Assembly: GCF_964204865.1 (NCBI RefSeq)
Contig: NC_135263.1
Span: forward strand, 9,610,001-9,674,000
Length of the DNA stretch: 64,000 nucleotides
Source of the DNA: Styela clava
Lineage: Eukaryota
Direction of reading: 5' to 3'
The notes under the pieces are model-generated. The model did not search any database and was not told where the DNA came from. It was given only the letters and a program-made list of their open reading frames with translations. Positions 27,157 through 40,685 of the stretch are shown here, one piece after another. A program made the position numbers and the translations under genes. Within the stretch, counting starts at the first letter, position 1. Every line of letters starts with the position of its first letter.

Positions 27157-28604
27157 TAGGGTTGCCAACCGTCCTTTATTTCAAAGGACAATCCTTTATT
27201 TGAGATTTTTGTCCTTGTCCTTTTTAAGATGATAATTGTCCTTTATTTCTTCCAACGTCGTTTTGCGCGATAGTTATAGAACTGTGTTTGATATTGTTCC
27301 GTTCTTTATTCGCCTTCGTTCATGTATTTGCAAGCTTTCAATTATTCTTTTTAATTTCGCTTTGGTCCGGCCAACGACTAACATACCGGTCCGGCTCAAA
27401 TAGCCAAAGAAATACCAATTTTTTAACATTTCAAATATTTTACATTAATTTTCCGAAGATGGCAAGTGGTAACACTCCAAGAAGCGTCGAAAAAAGAAGA
27501 TTCGATTAATTTCAAATTATTTCTTGCGGAAGTAACAAATATAAATGAGTTTAAAACAAATGTATGGAATTCGCTGAGGAATAATTCTCAGTTTAGTTTC
27601 AGCTAAATGTAATTAAAGTAAAATCGTCTTTTAATTAAAATTAAATTTATGTTTATTGTTTTAGTAATAACTTCATTAAATGCTTTGTTCAGTATTTCAA
27701 TATTAAATTTTTAATGAAAATCATGGAACCCCCAATAAAGATAAAGAAGCGCGTGTGTTCATTTAATAAAGACTGGAAAATGACTATGATTGGTTGAGAG
27801 AAACTAGTAATCCACAAAAGGCAAAATGTATCACTTGTAAAAGTGATTTTACTATTGCATACATGGGTGCTTTAGCAGTAGCACAACATGCAAAATCAGC
27901 CTGTCACAAAATTAGAATCATGGATTTTGCTTCATTTTCTGTAATGGATAAATTTTTGGTGAAAAAAATTCAGATGAAGAGGATATTGCAGTTGCTTTAG
28001 AAATAGTTCAAGTATATCACGTAATTAAACATAGTCATTCATATAACTCGCTGGATTGTGGATTGAAATTGAATTCGAAAATTTACAAGGATTCAGAAGT
28101 TGCTACCAAAGTATCTAATAGTCGAAGCAAATACGAGGCAATCGTCACAAATGTGCTAGGTGAGAAGGCATTATCAGTGATTATGAACGATTTGAAACAA
28201 CATGATCCTTTGTTAATTTTGACATTCAAACTGATGCTTCAAATCACAAAAACATGAAAATGTTTCCAGTCTGTGTTCAGTATTTTAGCTTGGAACATGG
28301 CACAGTTACTTATATTATTGATTTCTTCGAGAATGCAGATGAAAGTGCGGATAGAATGTTTACTTGTTTGAAAAACACTATGGACAATTTACAACTTGAC
28401 TGGAAAAGGGTTTCTTGTTTAAGTGCAGATAACGCAAATTGCAACTTTGGAGAAAAACATTTTCTTTATACTAATGTTCGCACACTAAATGATGGTATTT
28501 TTAGGGCTAACATTTTTTTATATTGTTCTTTCCTGCAAGTTACAAAATAAACGATGACGGTAATTTATGTCCTTTATTGGGACTTTTTATAGTTGGCAAC
28601 CCTA
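27157..28604 (+). mobile_element. Internally deleted hAT transposon (Blackjack-like ends) with frameshifted transposase remnant
   Basis: Perfect TIR TAGGGTTGCCAAC / GTTGGCAACCCTA, 8-bp TSD CTTGTATC (27149-27156, 28605-28612), subterminal GTCCTTTATT repeats. Fragments at 27723-28550 encode a zinc finger (KCITC...QHAKSACH), TDASN and SADNAN catalytic-like motifs; the C-terminal half is missing. Confidence 0.9.
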
Positions 28605-30563
28605 CTTGTATCCTTTGGTATTTCGATTCACGTCGAGACTGAAGGCATGAATCTTTATTGTCACACTCCCTCAGGATTGGAGCTCAACGGATATATCGAC
28701 CCGATATTGCGTGTTTGCCGATATATCATATCGACAGTAAACTGCCGATATATATATGGGCTATATATAACAGTTAAAAAACCTAAAAATGTTCGTAAAA
28801 ATTGTTTTATTTACTGTTGGTTGTGATTATTTTTAATGGATAATACACTTACGTGGTTTATTGTTTTTAGAATTAAATTACACATAAAGGGGGCACTAAA
28901 GTCTTCAGTGCTTAGGACACCAAAGTGGCATAATCCGCCCCTGGTGCCAATGTAAAGTCGGGCTTTGTAGCTCTTCGCTGCTTACAAATAACAAAAAACT
29001 CAGAAATAAAATAGTCGCATACATTATACATCAATCGGTTTTCAATATCCACAGGTTATCTATTGTCAATCGACTCTTTCAATAATACTGCAATACTGGT
29101 TGGTTGCTTGCATTTAAAAATTTCTTGTATGTATGCCTCGGGGAATAATTCAGTTTATATATATATTTAAATTTTAGATAAGGTCAACATGATATGTTCA
29201 TATATATAACTTGTTCAATTTACCGTTTCACAATTCACGTATGATAATTAATAATTGCACTAAGCTGATTACAGATGCACAAATGCAAAATTCCATATAC
29301 TGGATCAATCATCTATATCAGGGCTACTCGACTATTTTTACCGAAGATCCGCATACAAAACTTCAAAATTTTTTGGTCCGGTCTTTCCAGAAATTATATT
29401 TCGGCATCCTTAAACGCACACTTCCTCGACCGGCTAATGATTATTAGCTAATCAAAATTCCTTATTATGGTGTTATAGTTCTTTTCATATATATTCAAAA
29501 CTATAAAAATCATTTCATAAAAGGAAACTTCAAAAGTGGGGCTAATGATCCAAAATAAAGAATTAGGTGCGGTCCGAATCGAATGTCGAAAGGTCGGGAT
29601 TCGGACCGCGGTCCGCCAGTTGAGTATATCACGTCCCACTTTGAAAATAAAATATAATAAAACCTATCCGTAACTTGTGTAACCGAAGTGGAAACAAAAG
29701 TTCATGTATTGTTATGGCAAAGTCATGTCATGGACCTTTCCCCGAGCATCGACTTCCTTGTTTACTTCGTGACATTGGCCAATCAGCAAGATGCAAAAAG
29801 TGACGTAACAAAGCTCCCTTTTCGCATCCGCTCAGACACTTTTCTCACTCAGACAGATTTTCAAGCGTGGTCGTAAACATTACCACGTTTTTGCGTTTTT
29901 GAACTCTATTCGTTAGTTTTCTGTTGTGTTTTGGAAACCTAAATATAAATCAGACAATTCAATGATCACTCTGTCTTCCTAGGAGTTTCAATTTAATTGC
30001 AGTAATAAAAAATTAGTGTAGAAATAGCTGTGATAGGCTAAAATTCTTTACCGGTACTTTTAAAAAACAGATTGTTGTATGCGATAAATCATAATGATGG
30101 TTTGAAACACATACTCCATTTTACAGTCGCCAACAGCAGAAGCACTCTTAAAATAGCCCCGAAAATTTTGCAATGATAAAGTATAGGAAGAATTTTTGGG
30201 GGTCAAAGGTCGGGGAAAGGTCCATTGTTCTTCGATTCGGTTCAACTGAGAAATCCGAAACACCACTGCTGTACCATGTGCAATTTTGTTTGCCATCCTT
30301 TAACTTTACGTGTTGTCGATCATCTTGTCTTACGCAAATTTTGATTTCATAAATACAATATATTCCAATTTAAGTCGTTTCAATGTAAATCCGTTAGGGT
30401 CAATATATGCTACCGGAAGGGATTAAAGTTTAAATAACAATAAGCTCTTGTAATTTACAATTTTGAGCAGCGATCTTCTCTAACGACGCCAGGAAATTTC
30501 CAAGCGATAATCATAATTATCACTTAGGTCTTCAATTATGACTGCTGTGATAAACATTTTTAA

Positions 30564-30740
30564 TGACGATGCAACAGATATAACCAGCTGTTAACGTTCT
30601 ATATGCAGGCGATAGCAAATCACTGCGGGTGACAGTCTACTTGACATCGTTTTTCAAGGACAATAACAGAGAAAAAAGCGACGTGTTATTGAATGGAAAC
30701 ATATAAAAGCCTGCCGTTTGATGAGCATACATCAGTCGTT
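30564..30740 (+). promoter_or_regulatory. Creatine kinase proximal promoter (TATA-Inr, E-box, CRE half-site)
   Basis: TATAAAA 30702-30708, Inr-like TCAGT 30732-30736 about 30 nt downstream, CAGCTG 30585, TGACG 30564. Confidence 0.6.
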
Positions 30741-30776
30741 TGAAATATATACCGACAAACTATCAACAAAAACAAG

Positions 30777-32943
30777 ATGCCTAACGTCAATCTCGCTCGT
30801 TACAATGGAAAAGAAGAATACCCAGATTTGGAAAAACACAACAATCACATGGCTCACTGCCTTACCGAAGACATTTACAAAAGGATGAGAAGCAAGGAAA
30901 CACCCAGCGGATTTAACATCGACGACTGTATTCAAACTGGTGTCGACAACCCAGGTATGGTAATGTTATTTATCTACTAAATTCTTACTTATACAATGTA
31001 GAACTTCCTTTAAACCCGCCAATGGTTGTCAACCTCGTCTTGAACAAACATGCAAAAAGCACTAACCACAAGATTCTGACAAAACACTATGCAGGATATT
31101 GCCAGAATTAGTAATACATAATCACCGAAATTCGAACTGTTGTTATTTCGAATATAATCCAAACTATTACATCATTTTGTACACTATCTTCATACTGACG
31201 TGAAATATTTGGTTATGACATTCTACAGGTCACCCTTTCATTATGACGGTCGGTTGTGTAGCAGGAGACGAGGAATCGTACGAAACGTTCGCTGAATTAT
31301 TCGACCAAGTGATTGAAGCCAGACACAACGGTTACAAGAAAACAGATAAACATAAGACCGATCTCAACCCAGAAAACTTGAAGGTATTCACAATATTGTA
31401 CAAGGTTATGCTAACTAATGATGTAATTTTTTGATATATTAATGGTTTATATTCAAAATATCCTTTTAGGGAGGAGATAAATTAGACGAGAAATATGTTT
31501 TGTCTTCCCGTGTACGAACCGGACGAAGCATTCGCGGATATTGCCTTCCTCCGCACTGTACCCGCGCTGAGCGCCGAAAGGTCGAAGAAATTTCGTGCGA
31601 AGGTAACTTTCTAAAACCATTTATCATACTTTTGTAAGATAGAACACAGAGAAAAGCAAAATATATATATTTCCGCAATTTGACAAATAAAAAGTGAAAA
31701 ATTATTAGGAATATTTTTTCATAACGAGTCCGCGATGACGGTATGGTGAATATATTCGTGTTGTATTGCCAATGTTCACATTTGAATATTTTCAGTATTT
31801 TTTTCCCTTTAGTTTATATAGTATTCTGGAATTATTCTATTTTTTGCGTAGCAATATATCAAATCAATACCAATATAATGTTTACTTATACTTTTCTTGT
31901 ACTTTTCAGCTCTTGCCAAGCTTGATGGAGAATTGAAAGGAAAATATTATTCACTGGCTAAGATGACTGATCAAGAGCAAGAGAAACTCATTGCAGATCA
32001 TTTTCTTTTTGACAAGCCAGTCTCCCCATTGCTTCTATCTTCTAAAATGGCCCGAGATTGGCCAGATGCTCGTGGAATTTGGTAAGTCAATAATAGGCTT
32101 TTTCAAATGATAACATTTCATGAATTTAGACGGTATGTTTGAAGCTAGGTATCAAAAGAGCAGCAAAGACTTACATAAATACGTCGTTCCGGTATACATA
32201 CTTGATTTGCAATCGATATCGTGTGGCGGCCGACATGATTTATTTTCTCGTTTTCAAATAGGCACAACGACAAGAAAAACTTTCTTGTCTGGATCAACGA
32301 AGAAGATCATTTGAGAGTTATTTCGATGCAGAAAGGAGGGAATATGAGAGAAGTTTTCTCTCGTTGGTGCGAGGGACTTGGCGAGGTAACATAAATATAG
32401 ATCTGAGCTCATTCGATTGCATTTCAGCTTTTCATGTGAAACTAGCGGTTTAGCTGTGATTTAAATAAACATAACAATATTTTAACAGTTTGAAAAGCAT
32501 ATCAAGTCGGCTGGGTACGAATACATGTGGAATGAGCACCTCGGCTACATCCTGACTTGTCCAAGCAACTTGGGTACTGGAGTTCGTGCGGGCGTTCATT
32601 TGAAAATCCCCCTACTTTCTCAACATCCAAAATTCGAAATGCTTCTTAAGAAACTCCGGCTTCAAAAACGGGGAACTGGTACGGCAGTATTTTTATGTTT
32701 TCTAAAATATGTTATTATTAGTTTTATAACAAATTTATTAAATAATTTGTTTTTTCAGGCGGAGTAGACACCGCGGCTGAAGGCGGTACTTTTGATATCT
32801 CAAACGCTGATCGACTGGGATTCTCCGAAGTAGAACTAGTCCAAATGGTAATAGACGGAGTAGAATTTATGATCAGCTGTGAGAAGAAATTGGAATCCGG
32901 ACAGAGCATCGACTCAGACGTCGACAAACAGAAGCAAAAGTAG
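30777..32943 (+). CDS. CKB: Creatine kinase, cytoplasmic type (CKB/CKM-like), 7 exons, 378 aa
   Basis: Exons 30777-30954, 31229-31383, 31470-31602, 31910-32081, 32262-32385, 32489-32678, 32759-32943 (1137 nt). CK-type [14 protein letters not shown] loop, [23 protein letters not shown]; no mitochondrial presequence. The symbol denotes the cytoplasmic CK family, not strict orthology. Confidence 0.95.
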
Positions 32944-34048
32944 ACTGATGCACCAACTATCTTTCACAAAAGTTTACGGTCTTCATCTAAATTTATCATA
33001 TAGATAGATTATGCTATAATGTCTGCAACTATTATAATATATTACCTGCATGATTTACCGGTTATTTATCGATATTATCACACCCCATATATTTATTTGT
33101 CATTTAATTAGTATAACATTTCCATATAAGTAATTATAAACATTTAAATATTTATTTTTGGTTCTAAATATGTGATTTTTACTAGTATTAGAAAATTAGG
33201 TTACCGTAATTTAACATCACACTTTCGTTTGACGGATCCCTAGTTTTCTATATGTGTGATTTCATAATTCATTATTTTATTTCGGTTTTAATTATTTAAA
33301 TTGGTAATATTTATGAGTTTAATATTATGTTACTTAATGTTAAGTTAGAAAAATTATTAGTTATAAATAAAATATCATCATCTAGTACTTGATCTTTGGT
33401 TATAATATACCGAGCAACCAACAGCTATGTGAGGGATGAGGCGACGCGACAAGTAGATTACTGAAAAAGAAAGCGGATCATACCGCCAGCGCAGTCGAAG
33501 AAATTATCCTGGGTTAATGACACCTTCTTACTGTACATGTCTGTCCATGTCTATGTACTGTCCATCACCTACCTCTATTGATTGGCGGCTTTCGGTTCGG
33601 GTGTTATACCTATATATACTTCCTATTGTAACATACAATTGATGCAGCCACCATTCAGCACGGTCATAACACGGTACAGTTATCCAGTAAGCCCAATTGC
33701 AAATCATGAAGATATGTACAACTTTATTTTCAAATGTTACATCAGCATAATTATCTCTTGTTCTTTATCGGATAATAATGGAAAACGTGTGTTGTCACTT
33801 TTTTATTGTTGTCATACGAATTCCTTTCATACATATATATATAAAATTTCAAGAGCATCAATTACAATATTTACCATTAATGACATTATTATAGCGAACA
33901 TTTAAATAGAATATTAAACAAAAGTCACATTTCTAGTGAGCATGCAATGGATCAACACTTTCACTAATTTATAAATAATGCTTGGTTGAATAGTAAGTAA
34001 GCATTCCTTGAATATAGTGGATTGAAGTGTATCGACGAAAAGTATGAT

Positions 34049-35650
34049 CTATGTTTGAGGCGTTTTGATTATATCTTTATTCAATTCTTTTGCTATAACC
34101 TCTCCTACTTGTGAACCTGTGGCCAGATCAGTTCCATTTGACTTCTGTTTTTTCGGACCTGCAGTAAAAGCGACAATAATTGTTGAGTGGAAAGTTTATA
34201 AAAATCTTGAATCCAGTAAAGAACCAGTTAACACTATTTTATTTACAGGTAAGTAAGTAAGATTAATAAGTAAATGATACTCACATAATTTACAGCAAAA
34301 TCTTACTGCGTAGTCCTCACAGCATATTCCCTCCGGTTGTTTTTCATTCTTGCAAATTAGGCCAACCTGAGTGTCCACCACCATGTCAACATTGCCACCC
34401 GATTGCCAGGAGTCCTGAGTTGCCACAACAATGGCATCAATCGCAGTTGGTTTCTCACATACCTTGTCCTGGTTTTGGCTTACCAGATCTGACAAAAGCT
34501 CGTAGTCGCCTGTACTGTCGGTAGGATCATCTACGTCATACCAGTCTGTCCAATCGTAGCCTTCTTCGTCGCACTTCGGCACTGCAATGAATACAAAAAA
34601 GTCATGTGGCCAGTTAGATAACATCTCAAATACCAAATAATATTGAATAGTTAACAGACGACATTGCCTTTAAAGGGCTTGTGTGGCGTATGGCAAATAA
34701 AGTGAATGAAAATTCCATCCAATGTAAACTTACATTTCGGACAGCAGAATCTGATTTTCAGATCTGGGCATTTTCTATCTCCTCGGTCATTGATACAGGC
34801 AACTCCTCCAGTGGGAGGATAAATAACCAACTGTTGCGCCAATGGTGGTGGATCATTGGGATTTACCAACTCAAAGTGTTGCGCCACTGGATTCTCACAT
34901 GGTTTCCTAGGAAAAGACGACCATGTCTCCCAATCACCAGTTACGCTTGGATCATCCCTGTCTAACCAACCGCTCCAATCCCCGTTTTGACATTTAGGAA
35001 TAACACCGAGTTCTGTGACATACCAAAGATATTAGTTACAAATTTGAAAGATAAAAAAAAAATTAACAAACACTAAAATAGATAAATACAAGTATAAATG
35101 GGTTGACCCATTTTCAAACACACGTTTTTCGCTACAAATATTTATTGTCATTTTCAGATAAATCGTAAATGATATTATTGTATAGCATAATTTTGGCCAT
35201 AATCCATACGTCAGCGCACTTGTATTCTAACTAAAGTACAGGATTTGTAAATCAACATTTTCTCATGTTAAACGAGTTTAAACGGAGAAATTGATATAAA
35301 TTTTAATAAAACATTTGTTTAACTAAATGGGAGTATTTGTGCTTATGTGGCCTGGTAGGGCACTGGTCTAGCAACCATTATTACCTAATGAAATTATTTT
35401 TTAAAATTTTTTAATCGTCACTGTTGTCGGAGATACCAAAATGCGAGCTGTATAAGATGTATAAGAATTTAGAACCTTTCAAACAATGTATTAAATAATT
35501 CTCGTGAAGATTATGTGCCTTCTTGTAATAAATTCGGTGTGTAAATTGTAAAATTTTGTATTATATTGTAAAAATATACTTACGGGCACTGCTCTGATCC
35601 ACGAACATCAACACAGTAAAACAACAGGACAAAATAATTTTGAACATCAT
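34049..35650 (-). CDS. Secreted two-CysD (Mucin2_WxxW) domain protein, copy 1 (250 aa)
   Basis: Exons 35650-35584 (signal peptide MMFKIILSCCFTVLMFVDQSSA), 35012-34734 (WSGWLDRDDP...GDWE...KIRFCC), 34581-34285 (WTDWYDVDDP...GDYE...DYAVRFCC), 34158-34049. Phase-1 introns, 753 nt open. TATAAA at 35724-35719. Confidence 0.88.
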
Positions 35651-37545
35651 TTTTTAGCGATTTCGTTATTTGTTCAAGTTTAAAACAAATAGGTATGGCA
35701 AAAGTCGGTGCTGCTAGCTTTATAGTAAAATAGTTCCGGTAATGAATCATTATATTAACCGCTGCTTGTTTTTGTAATAATAAAAAAAAGATGAGTAAAA
35801 ATTACTCAATCAACTATTAGTGCACATTAATTAAAACTGCATAATTAAGAAAATTATATTCAAACGCAAATACGGTTTATTTAAACGTGTGTTACATCAA
35901 CATGTATTAAACAGTTTTAAAGTGCAGCCTGTAATTTAGATCGACAACCGACAACCCAGTGTTCAAACTAGATGGTATTACATAACCGAATGAATCGAGG
36001 CGCAGTACTTACCACTTCATGGCGGCTCCCGCCACGAACGAACCGCGCCGTCACTTGCCATGATTTTATGGCGGTAGCACCGGTATATTCACACAGTCAT
36101 GTAACAGTTTTAGTTTTCCATGCGGAATTATATCTACTTAAACCTGGAACCTAACCCCAAATTAATCAAAACTGTATCCATAAGGAAGATGTTCCATTTT
36201 ACCCAAAGTTTGTCACCATAAGGTATTCTGCCATTACAGCCTACATGCTATGATTTGTGGAAGCTCAGTTTTACCCACCATGGTTTTCAATTTGATTTTA
36301 CGCTGCCTCACGCCATTGGTTTGTGGCAGCCAAAAAATCAGCCGCCATTAACATAAAAAATTATCTCAATTCCGCATAGCTTGGTCGAACTTTATCGGCA
36401 AATATTTATTTGGTAGGATTCAAAATTTTTGGAATTTGTTACCAATGTTTTGTTGAATGACTATCACTACCTGAATACGTTTCGACATAGGAAAACTATA
36501 GAGGATGTTTGTGTTTAATACACAGATGCAAGAAAAATAGAGTGCGGCTGTCTTCAAGTTTTAAAAAAATTAAACCAAAAAATCACTGCGTCGCACTATC
36601 GGCCTTCAATTTGTTAATTGTACGCATTTTTCATTTCTATAGAGGTATAGAGAACAGGAAATATTTATTCCGCTATCGCAAAATGCGAGATAAACGCACA
36701 CTAACTAATAAGTAATGCATTTCCACCTATTATAAAAGTATTTTTATTACGAATAAAAGTTTCATAACAGACCGTGTTATTCATATATATAATATGAAAA
36801 GTCAAAAAATTTTCAGATGTCTCAGTAATATTCAATATTCTCGTCCAACTACGCTTCCTTATTAGACATTGTTATTCCTGTCTATTGGCCAGTGATATAA
36901 CTAACTACCGACGGGTGGTTTCATCTTGAGCCAATTTACGCCAATAAAATGTTGGTGTGCATATGTGTGGTAGCACTAACATTAAATAATATTGTAAAAA
37001 TTGTCTGATATTTCCTTGCGACCGATTTGATTTTCAAACGGGAAACAAACGGGCGACGTGAATGATCGTGAATTATTAAAGGAAGTAAATGACGAATAAC
37101 TCAAATATTTGATTTAGTTATACAAGATCCTTTCTTTCAGAGCAGGAAGTAAGACGTCCGAAAGTATCGTTTCGTCTCAATTTATTCTTCACAATCAACT
37201 TTGCAAACGATTGAAGCGTAATGGACCGTCATATAGGTACAAATGATCTTTTTCAATTACAAATAGTCTCACAGGTTGGTGAAGAAAATGCAAAGCATTA
37301 CAAAATTTTGACAAATTTGGTCGGGATGGGAATTTGTCCCCAATAGCCATTTGAATTAGTCAAAATCAAGGCTTTTCAGTATAACTCTGGCGTACATGAA
37401 AAGCTAAAGATGAAGGCGCACCAATTCAGTGTTGACTAGCTTTACCATAGATATCTTTCATCAAAATCTATGCCAATGGCTAACATCTTTTCAGGATAAA
37501 TATTATACAAACAAGAAAGTAGACCAATAATTGACGCCAAACAAC

Positions 37546-37796
37546 CAGGGGCCTAGCCAGAAATTTTCAAAGGCGGGTGTTCTGAATTTTTTTGCCAAGT
37601 TAGATCGAAACCGCTAGCGGGTCCGATCGAACGCTGGAATAGGCGTGTTTTTAGTAGTCTTGGGGGCCTAAAAAGCATTTCAAGTTACAGAAAATTGCTA
37701 TATTTGATACAGAAAAATGATTTTATTTTTTTTGTATTATAAAAAAAGGGGGGGGGGGGGGGTCGACCCGCCAACCACCCCCTGGTTACGCCACTG
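37546..37796. mobile_element. hAT-type MITE, array unit 1
   Basis: TIRs CAGGGGCCTAGCCAG / CTGGTTACGCCACTG; TSD caaacaac / caaacaat; empty site in unit 3 (~50144). Confidence 0.75.
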
Positions 37797-38649
37797 CAAA
37801 CAATAGACTTTGTGCCAATTTACAAAAAATTTATTAAACGAATTCATTCAAATCATTATCACTCTTTCTATCTCAGACAATATTTTCAAAATCTCCGGGC
37901 TACGTATTAAAATATGTTTGGCACCCTTTCAATATCTTGGAATTCCATATTCATTAATTTTAACCACTGATGCCACTAATTGTTTTCACCTACCTTTCAA
38001 TAAATTACTTTGTATACAAAAATGCAAGCCAATTTAGGCGACACTAAAACATCAAAAACCAGAATAATTTTATTGGAGAACATTTTCATATATAAAGGCT
38101 CTTCACAACCTGTCACTCATAAGTTATGAGGTGGTATGCCTCAGATTTAGAATGACCAGAACCTTTCCATTTCGGCATCTTATACATTCAATTTTATCAG
38201 CTGTAGGTAGGCTAAGTAAGCTAGTGGACATGGGTTGAACATCAGATCAAAACTGACATCCTCAACATGGTTAAATCCAAATCAGAGACCATTAGTACAC
38301 TCCAAAATCAAGGAACACCACACTTCGAAACATTTATTTCACGCTTTCCTAAGAATGGATGTCAGATGAAGCATTTCCAGACATGCCTTTTATAAAATTC
38401 GGACACTCAATGAAAAGGATTACATGGGAACACAGAGAAACCTAACTCAAGGCCTACGTTTCCAGTGCATGCTGAAAAAAGCATTCGCCTTGTGACCTGG
38501 CTCCGAATTTACAGTCTTGAATATTCGCGCATTGACCAATTTGGCCGCCGTAATATCGAGAATAATAATAGGCAGTCTTTTTATATTTGATAAAATATGT
38601 TATATCCATTATTAGTTTTATAACAAATCTAAATGATTTGTTCTTTCAG

Positions 38650-38834
38650 GTGGAGTAGACACCCCGGCTGACTGTGGTACTTTTGATATCTCAAATGCTG
38701 ATCGACTGGGATTCTCGGAAGTAGAACTAGTCCAAATGGTAATAGACGGAGTAGAACTTATGATCAGCTGTGAGAAGAAATTGGAATCCGGACAGAGCAT
38801 CGACTCCGACATCGACAAACAGAAGCAAAAGTAG
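38650..38834 (+). pseudogene. Orphan duplicate of CK terminal exon (frame intact)
   Basis: Acceptor TTCTTTCAG retained, 185 nt like the native exon, encodes [20 protein letters not shown]...KQK*. Confidence 0.9.
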
Positions 38835-39300
38835 ACTGATGCAGTTTTCCCACTACCTTTCACAAAAGTTTACGGTCTTCATCTAAATTTATTCTATAGA
38901 TTATGCTATAATGTCTGCAACTAGTATATATTACCTGCATGATTTACTGGTTATTTATTGATATTATTACACCCATATATATATTTATTTGTCCCATTCA
39001 CGGTATATATTTGTTTCGGCTATTCAACTAGTATGACATTTCCATATAAGTAATTATTAACATTTAAATATTTATTTTTGGTTCTAAATATGTGATTTTT
39101 TACTAGTATTAAGTTACCGTAATTTAACAGCACACTTTCGTTTGACGAATCCCTAGTTTTCTATATGTGTGATTTCATAATTCATTATTTTATTTCAGTT
39201 TTAATTATTTAAATTGGCAATATTCATGAGTTCAATATTATGTTACTTAATGTTGAGTTAGAAAAATTATTAGTAATAAATAAAATATCATCATCTAGTA

Positions 39301-40027
39301 CAGGGGTTCTCAGCCTGGGGTTCGCGAACCCCCAGGGGTTCACGAGAAAATTTTCAGGGATACTTGGAAGACAGTTGAGTTTTCGTGTGTTGCTATTTTT
39401 TAATATCCTTTAACGAAGAAAGTAACTAGAAGAGGAAAACAAGAGAGCTACGCCCAAATATATGGACACGTCTATCGCAGTACAGTACGGTTTACCGTAC
39501 CGTCAGATCACAGTCTACAAATATATTCACACCAAGCGAAGCTGCACAGTAGGACACAAAATGGCGTCCGATGTCCGCTGAACGTTTAATGACGTCATAG
39601 CAAACAAAAACAAATCTCACAGAGCTATCAGAAATATTTGAAATGAAAAAAAGTAATAGCCTTCTGGGGAAAAATATAATCTTTACTCACTGAAAATTTC
39701 AAAGCAATTGGTCCAGTAATCAACGAGAAAAGCGATTTTTTTCATAACGATACCAAGAAGAAGACAAATAAGAACAAGAACAACAAAAATACCAAAACGA
39801 TCGTTATGTCCACTAACGTGTCCAATAAGTACAAACTGAAACTCAGCGTACATTTTCCCTGATCTTACGTTGTTGTGATTGAGACGCAAGAATGTGCAGC
39901 AAATTGTTAGTCAATATGTCACGATTCAGTTTGGTGTCTGATAACTGGGGGTTCGCGTTGATTGTTTCGTGACCCGGGGGGGGGGGGGGGGGGGGGTACT
40001 TAACAGAGAAAAGGTTGAGAACCCCTG
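39301..40027. mobile_element. hAT (Charlie-like) MITE unique to array unit 2
   Basis: TIRs CAGGGGTTCTCAGCCT / AGGTTGAGAACCCCTG; perfect TSD ATCTAGTA (39293-39300, 40028-40035); empty sites in units 1, 3 and 4. Confidence 0.92.
39438..39828 (-). mobile_element. Helentron-associated (HINE/DINE-like) element, family A, nested in the MITE
   Basis: AACAAGAGAG end with a short hairpin, subterminal inverted repeat GGACACGT / ACGTGTCC, no TSD. A related copy lies at 55864-56132. Confidence 0.65.
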
Positions 40028-40685
40028 ATCTAGTACTTGATCTTTGGTTATGATATACCGAACAACCAACAGCTATGTGAGGGATGAGGCGACGCGACAA
40101 GTAGATTACTGAAAAAGAAAGCGGATCATACCGCCAGCGCAGTCGAAGAAATTATCCTGGGTTAATGACACCTTCTTACTGTACATCCAAGAACCATCAC
40201 CTCTATTGATCGGCGGCTTTCGGTCGGGTGTTATACCTCTACGTTTTAATGTAACATGCAATTGATGCAATCACCATTCAGCACGGTCATAACACGGTAC
40301 AGTTATCCAGTAAGACCAATTGCAAATCATGAAGATACGTACAATTTCATTTTTAAATGTTACATCAGTATAATTATCTTTAATTCTTTATCGGATAATA
40401 ATGGAAAACGTATGTTGTCTCTTTTTTATTGTTGTCATACGAATTCTTTTCATACATATATATATATATATATACACATAAAATTTCAAGAGGATCACTT
40501 ACAATATCTACCATTAATGACATTATTATAGCGAACATTTAAATAGAATATTAAACAAAAGTCACATTTCTAGTGAGCATGCAATGGATCAACACTTGCA
40601 CTAATTTATAAATAATGCTTGGTTGAATAGTAAGTATGCATTCCTTGAATATAGTGGATTGAAGTGTATCGACGAAAAGTGTGAT

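Larger units (their letters stand above)
25917..28943. mobile_element. Outer non-autonomous hAT-type element, host of two nested elements
   Basis: TIRs CAGCGCCGGATTA / TAATCCGCCCCTG (11/13); perfect 8-bp TSD GTGCCAAT at 25909-25916 and 28944-28951. Confidence 0.85.
24081..29024 (-). pseudogene. Pseudogenised paralog of the adjacent coiled-coil/TSP1 gene
   Basis: Exon 1 (29024-25834, split by insertion 25917-28943) reads MYATILFLSFLLFVSS...ILAML(frameshift)EKRFE, versus IIAKLEKKFE in the intact paralog. A 42-nt exon 25613-25572 contains TAA. Exon 25350-25279 reads KLKRHSKRI*DLEK versus KSKRQAKRIEELEK. A truncated TSP1 exon lies at ~24770-24677, and TSP1 exon 24292-24081 has two internal stops. 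Confidence 0.85.

Noticed and set aside
35385-35420. 36-nt AG...GT cassette in CysD intron 1
   Set aside because: In-frame stop in the copies checked; exon 1 joins exon 2 directly in phase.
37200-38050. Weak coding-like text on the - strand in the array flank
   Set aside because: Many stops and no identifiable motif.
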